IMG/VR virus record: IMGVR_UViG_3300036715_003593
Coordinates: 1-55,941 of that record
DNA length: 55,941 nt
Direction: 5' to 3' (one strand)
Source: a virus
Taxonomy: Duplodnaviria; Caudoviricetes
The notes under the pieces were generated by a model that made no database searches, was not told where the DNA came from, and saw only the letters and a program-made list of their open reading frames with translations. Positions 55,675-55,941 of this stretch are shown piece by piece (the stretch's first letter is position 1; every line of letters begins with the position of its first letter). The position numbers and the translations under genes are program-made.

Positions 55675-55941
55675 ATGAGCAATAGCCTTTTACTGGGCGC
55701 TGGAGGTAATAACAACATACTCCAGCTATCCGCCACTGTACCGGACATCACTGCTGGAGTGCTGCTGACGTGCTGGACAAAAAATCCTGTTCAATCTGGA
55801 TATCCCTACTCGGCGCCTAATAAGTACCCATTCACCGTAAAAGGAACTAACTGGGGCATCTGGTGCGTGACGGGGAATATGTTTGCGACGAACTCGCCGA
55901 CAGATTCCTATTTCAACCAGAACGTAACTGTGCTCGGCATA
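55675..55941 (+). CDS. N-terminus of a large virion protein (3'-truncated), probably continuous with 3-2741
   Basis: ATG 55675; 89 open codons to the window end. Confidence 0.6.
   Translation, partial: MSNSLLLGAGGNNNILQLSATVPDITAGVLLTCWTKNPVQSGYPYSAPNKYPFTVKGTNWGIWCVTGNMFATNSPTDSYFNQNVTVLGI

Overview
This window looks like an almost complete, circularly permuted ~56 kb genome of a lytic contractile-tailed (myovirus-type) phage of a Gram-negative host. No integrase or repressor/att module was seen. The + strand carries packaging, head, tail, baseplate, fibre and lysis genes: terS/terL, portal, MuF-like protein, DUF2213-type protease/scaffold, DUF2184-type capsid, DUF3383-type sheath and a TIGR02594-type endolysin. 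The - strand arm (24.9-43.9 kb) carries replication and DNA-metabolism genes: family B polymerase, beta-clamp-like protein, SF2 helicase, Cas4-like nuclease, SSB, AAA ATPase, MazG-like enzyme and thyX. It also carries a 7-deazaguanine DNA-modification cluster (queE, queC, queD, PRTase-folE fusion, dpdA-like). Best candidate for an undescribed system: a virion cargo-loading and processing code. A His-repeat tag (H-[IV]-H) followed by a [TSA]-x-D site is shared by the protease/scaffold and three cargo genes. One of these (3050-4255) is a modular polyprotein of ~50-75 aa units separated by [TSA]-x-D|A junctions that are also conserved at DNA level. Other highlights: a ~490 nt structured non-coding RNA behind a run of paralogous helical-domain genes, a clamp-binding motif at the end of DpdA, a Ser-X dipeptide-repeat protein coupled to a putative Sm-like protein, and a structured late-operon leader. 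Family names come from motif recognition by eye, not from database searches.
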